The position numbers and the translations under genes were made by a program. Below the pieces are notes generated by a model. It saw only the letters and a program-made list of their open reading frames with translations, was not told where the DNA came from and searched no databases. DNA of 64,000 nt from Nostoc sp. DedSLP01 (lineage in GTDB: Bacteria; Cyanobacteriota; Cyanobacteriia; Cyanobacteriales; Nostocaceae), in the NCBI GenBank assembly GCA_034530875.2, contig JAVRCJ020000018.1, positions 64,001 through 128,000 of the forward strand, read 5' to 3'. Position 1 is the first letter of the stretch; each line of letters begins with the position of its first letter. Shown here one piece after another: positions 60,536 to 64,000 of this stretch.

Positions 60536-61891
60536 TCACTGAGTTGACACCGTTAAGACTTGCGGCGGTGTAGCATCTGGCGGATAGAGAAAGTCTACTT
60601 GTACTAAAGAGCGATCGCCAGCTTTCATATTTAATGAAACTAGGGGTTCTCCTGGTTGACCTCGCTTTTGTACTAAATGTATAAATTCTGTTTTTGGCTG
60701 ATTTTGTTCGTCTCTATAACGTACCCGCACCGTTCCACGAAAGAATACTTCACGGGCTGGTACACTCAAAAAGCGTAACCCTGGTTTTACTAATCGATCC
60801 TCTTTAATTGGGGTTTGTATCGATACGCTGACAGTTTGAGGACTTTGGGTATTGTTATATAAAGGCAACTTCAGACTGTATTGAATTCCATAGTTGCCAT
60901 GAGCGCGATATGCAGTGTCAGGATAGCGCGCCAACATCTTAGCACTCTGAATTTGACCCGTTCCCAAAGTTCCACCATGCAGGGTACTCAGAGCATAAGA
61001 AAACATTTGACCAGGCTGGGGAATGGTTAAGTACCTAGTTTTAGGATTATCTACTAAAACAGCTCTCCACTGGGAACCATCAACGACTCCAGCAACACGC
61101 CCATAAATTATTGGCTTGCGGGTTTCTTCTAAGGGTGTAGGGGTTTTATCTCTTGGCCCAGCCAAATCGCCATTATTTACTAAATTTTCCCACTCTTCTA
61201 AAGTAGGCGCGCGTTCGCTACCATCGGTATTTGTGCGTGCGAACATGGCTAGGCTAGCTGCATAGACAGTTCCATTACTTTGCAATCGTATTAATGTAGA
61301 CCGACCATTTAGAGGTGGTGTCAATCCCTGCACCGGAATTGGTAAATTTAGTAACATCCGACTTTGCCCTGGCGGAATTTCAATTTGGGCAGGGAAAATA
61401 TTTTGTCGTTGTCCTCTTAATATATCAGTCATGACGCGATCGCCAGGGCCGGCAAAAATTTTACCTAAAGGATTTTGGATAAAGGATGGTAACTCAATAA
61501 ATGGCGCATCCGGTTGACTTAAATAACTCGCTGCTTGCAAAATATTTACCTTCACTGATTCCGAACTGGGGTTATGCAAGATTATCCCCAGATAAAGAGA
61601 ACGTAAATTTTCTGGTGGTTCGGCTCTAGCAACATGGTGAGCAAAAATATCAAATCGTCCTCGAAAAGGAAAATTTAGATGTGCTGTTGGTATTTTTTTC
61701 CCGTCTTTTGGAAAAGTTGAAAGTAAAATTCCCTCTTTCAAAACTAACTCTGGACTATTGCTATTAAATGTTGGCACCTTATCCAACTGACCTGGTAAAG
61801 GGCGTACTTGTTGCGATCGGACTACTTCTTCAGGCGTTGGCATAACAGGTGTAGACTGAGCGATGGGAAAAGCAAGTAACAATGACAACAT
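60536..61891 (-). CDS. DUF3370 family protein
   Basis: Signal peptide; FNSNSPE, GILLSTFP, HGNYG, YPPDATPPQVLTV motifs. Confidence 0.85.
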   Translation of the reverse strand: MLSLLLAFPIAQSTPVMPTPEEVVRSQQVRPLPGQLDKVPTFNSNSPELVLKEGILLSTFPKDGKKIPTAHLNFPFRGRFDIFAHHVARAEPPENLRSLYLGIILHNPSSESVKVNILQAASYLSQPDAPFIELPSFIQNPLGKIFAGPGDRVMTDILRGQRQNIFPAQIEIPPGQSRMLLNLPIPVQGLTPPLNGRSTLIRLQSNGTVYAASLAMFARTNTDGSERAPTLEEWENLVNNGDLAGPRDKTPTPLEETRKPIIYGRVAGVVDGSQWRAVLVDNPKTRYLTIPQPGQMFSYALSTLHGGTLGTGQIQSAKMLARYPDTAYRAHGNYGIQYSLKLPLYNNTQSPQTVSVSIQTPIKEDRLVKPGLRFLSVPAREVFFRGTVRVRYRDEQNQPKTEFIHLVQKRGQPGEPLVSLNMKAGDRSLVQVDFLYPPDATPPQVLTVSTQ

Positions 61892-61916
61892 ATCTTTAAG
61901 TATTAGTTTGAACGTA

Positions 61917-62025
61917 CAGGACTCATATTGATTTGTGGGGAGCTAGGTAAACGTATACCCCCTTATTTTCTATTCCCTGTTTCCTCCCTACACAAGTAAT
62001 TCCTGCGAATCAAATGAGATTGCTA
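61917..62025. mobile_element. Degenerate MITE (ATTTGATT-TIR family)
   Basis: CAGGACTCATATTGATTTG / GAATCAAATGAGATTGCTA. Confidence 0.6.
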
Positions 62026-62034
62026 TACAGACTA

Positions 62035-62556
62035 CTAACAACCTGATGAAAGTGCCAGTTTGTTAACAATTAATAAGAAATCGGCAAGAATGCCACTCAA
62101 ATTTTCTCGATCGAGAACTGGAACATGCACAAAGATACAACGCGTCGAGAGTTTGTTTTGTTTCAAGTAGTCCAACACACAATAGTAAAGACCTTCACAG
62201 ACAAATTTTCCACAGTCGTGGCTAATCTCAACTGCCGATGCTCCCGCAGCTAATTTTTCTAAATCAACTTCTGCGTGCAAAACACTTTCTCCACAGGTGG
62301 CGGTTAATTCCACACTTAATTTTGTGCGGCTAGCAGCCATGCCACAACAGATGATGCAATCAGGTTGGATTGCATTAATTTTTTCAATTACCTGAGAACT
62401 GGCCAGTTCTATATTTACGGGTAACGACCGCAAAAAAGTTAAATCATGGGGAAAAAACTGAAGTTTCGTAACTTCTACTAATAAATCATCAGATGAATTT
62501 GACTGTTGATCGGCCAGCCAAGTGTCAAAAGAAGTTAATAGAATTCTTTTCTGCAT
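62035..62556 (-). CDS. pcp: Pyroglutamyl-peptidase I (peptidase C15)
   Basis: ILLTSF, N.S, LSVE, SHDCGKFVCE, FVHVP (Glu-Cys-His triad). Confidence 0.85.
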   Translation of the reverse strand: MQKRILLTSFDTWLADQQSNSSDDLLVEVTKLQFFPHDLTFLRSLPVNIELASSQVIEKINAIQPDCIICCGMAASRTKLSVELTATCGESVLHAEVDLEKLAAGASAVEISHDCGKFVCEGLYYCVLDYLKQNKLSTRCIFVHVPVLDRENLSGILADFLLIVNKLALSSGC

Positions 62557-62632
62557 AACAAATATTATTTACAATAGGAATATTATTTAGAATAGAAAAA
62601 CCCTCCATAATAATTTTACAAGGAGCCGGTAA

Positions 62633-63268
62633 ATGCCAGTGATTGCGGTCGTGGACTACGAGATGGGAAATTTGCATTCAGTTTGCAAAGGGTTGGAAAA
62701 AGCTGGAGCAACTCCTAATGTTACTTATTCTCCAAAGGAATTAGAACGAGCAGATGCAATAGTTTTGCCAGGAGTGGGAGCATTCGATCCCGCAGTACAA
62801 CATTTACGATCGCGCGGTTTAGAACAGCCTATTAAAGATGCGATCGCATCTGGCAAACCTTTTTTGGGCATCTGTTTAGGACTGCAAATTCTCTTTGAAT
62901 CAAGTTCAGAAGGTATCCACCCAGGACTCGGAATTATCAAAGGAAAAGTACGTCGGTTTCGTCCAGAACCAGACATTACTATTCCCCACATGGGTTGGAA
63001 TCAATTGCAAGTGACTCAACCAAAAAGTATTTTATGGGAGCATTTACCGTCAAATCCTTGGGTGTATTTTGTCCATTCCTACTATGTCGATCCAATAGAA
63101 GAGCAAATTCGTGCAGCAACTGTCACTCACGGTACTCAAACTGTAACAGCTGCGATCGCTCGTGAAAACCTGATGGCCGTACAATTTCACCCAGAAAAAT
63201 CTTCTAATATTGGATTGCAAATCTTGTCTAATTTTGTTGCTCAAGTACGGGAAAAAATTCCCGCATAA
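62633..63268 (+). CDS. hisH: Imidazole glycerol phosphate synthase glutaminase subunit
   Basis: GNLHSV, LPGVGAF, GICLG, PHMGWN, YFVHSY, QFHPEKS. Confidence 0.97.
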   Translation: MPVIAVVDYEMGNLHSVCKGLEKAGATPNVTYSPKELERADAIVLPGVGAFDPAVQHLRSRGLEQPIKDAIASGKPFLGICLGLQILFESSSEGIHPGLGIIKGKVRRFRPEPDITIPHMGWNQLQVTQPKSILWEHLPSNPWVYFVHSYYVDPIEEQIRAATVTHGTQTVTAAIARENLMAVQFHPEKSSNIGLQILSNFVAQVREKIPA

Positions 63269-63278
63269 TAATATATTT

Positions 63279-63383
63279 GTCATTAGTCATTCGTCATTAG
63301 TCATTAGTCATTTGTGAATTAATGAAAATGACCATAGATCGTCAATATAACGATCGATGCCCAATGCACCATGCCCAATGACC
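63279..63383. repeat. STRR heptamer repeats
   Basis: GTCATTA/C/T x5 followed by ATGCCCA-type units. Confidence 0.8.
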
Positions 63384-63384
63384 G

Positions 63385-63987
63385 ATGAGCCTGAGAATTT
63401 ACGGGAATCGCCAGTTAAAAACATTACCAGGTAAAGAGACTAGACCTACTAGTGCTAGAGTCAGGGAAGCAGTCTTTAATATTTGGCAAGGAAAAATTGC
63501 AGATTGCCACTGGCTAGATTTGTGTGCCGGTACTGGTTCGATGGGTGCCGAGGCTTTGTGTAGAGGAGCCGCCTTAGTAGTAGGAATTGAAAAATCAAGC
63601 CGAGCCTGTGCCACTATTCAACAAAATTGGCAGCAAGTAGCCAATACCCAGCAAGAATTTCGGGTATTGCGCGGAGATATTATTGGGCAGTTAAAGACAT
63701 TATCAGGCAAGCAATTTGACAGAATCTACTTCGACCCACCTTATGCTAGTGGATTGTATGAGCCAGTTTTAGAAGCGATCGCTCATCATCAACTTTTAGA
63801 TCCTAGCGGCGAAATCGCAGTCGAACACGCTTCACAAGGCTTGACATTACCAGAAATTCCTGCCTGGGAAATTTGCCGCCAGAAAGTTTATGGCAACACA
63901 TCGCTTACCTTTTACAGAATTAGAAGTGAGGGAGATGAGGAAGCAGAGGGAGCAGGGGGAGCAGAGGAGGAAGAGGAAGAATTCTAA
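63385..63987 (+). CDS. rsmD: 16S rRNA m2G966 methyltransferase
   Basis: TRPT..RVREAVFN, LDLCAGTGSMGAEAL.RGA, YFDPPY, YGNT. Confidence 0.95.
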   Translation: MSLRIYGNRQLKTLPGKETRPTSARVREAVFNIWQGKIADCHWLDLCAGTGSMGAEALCRGAALVVGIEKSSRACATIQQNWQQVANTQQEFRVLRGDIIGQLKTLSGKQFDRIYFDPPYASGLYEPVLEAIAHHQLLDPSGEIAVEHASQGLTLPEIPAWEICRQKVYGNTSLTFYRIRSEGDEEAEGAGGAEEEEEEF

Positions 63988-64000
63988 CTCCTAACTCTTG

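Overview
Chromosomal segment of a filamentous, probably heterocyst-forming cyanobacterium (Nostocales-like). Support: dense HIP1 octamers GCGATCGC, STRR/SDR-type short repeats, many MITEs, a Nostoc-type nifH and cyanobacterial RRM (rbp) genes. In order, the window holds: (1) a left-truncated giant Ser/Thr kinase-AAA-GAF-GAF-His kinase; (2) an AT-rich accessory locus built around an 898-aa HTH+TPR-like protein with a divergent set of small ORFs; (3) a PAS His kinase, stress genes, a DUF62 SAM enzyme and an orphan double-glycine-leader peptide gene; (4) a complete polyol uptake/catabolism cluster (ABC transporter, mannitol/arabitol dehydrogenase, xylitol dehydrogenase-like SDR, xylulokinase, SorC regulator with candidate operators); (5) a TnpB-only IS605/IS1341-type element with a divergent small RHH-like gene; (6) a large double hybrid kinase and an MPBQ/MSBQ methyltransferase; (7) three rbp genes with rpsU and thioredoxin; (8) a solitary nifH, a tandem CAP protein, and a second STK-HK-REC plus hybrid kinase; (9) housekeeping genes (phosphatase, pcp, hisH, rsmD). 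No tRNA, rRNA or CRISPR array was found. The best candidates for undescribed biology are the polyol cluster, the HTH-TPR divergent locus and the GG-leader/LNPQPLPP peptide. All family assignments are from motif recognition, not database searches.
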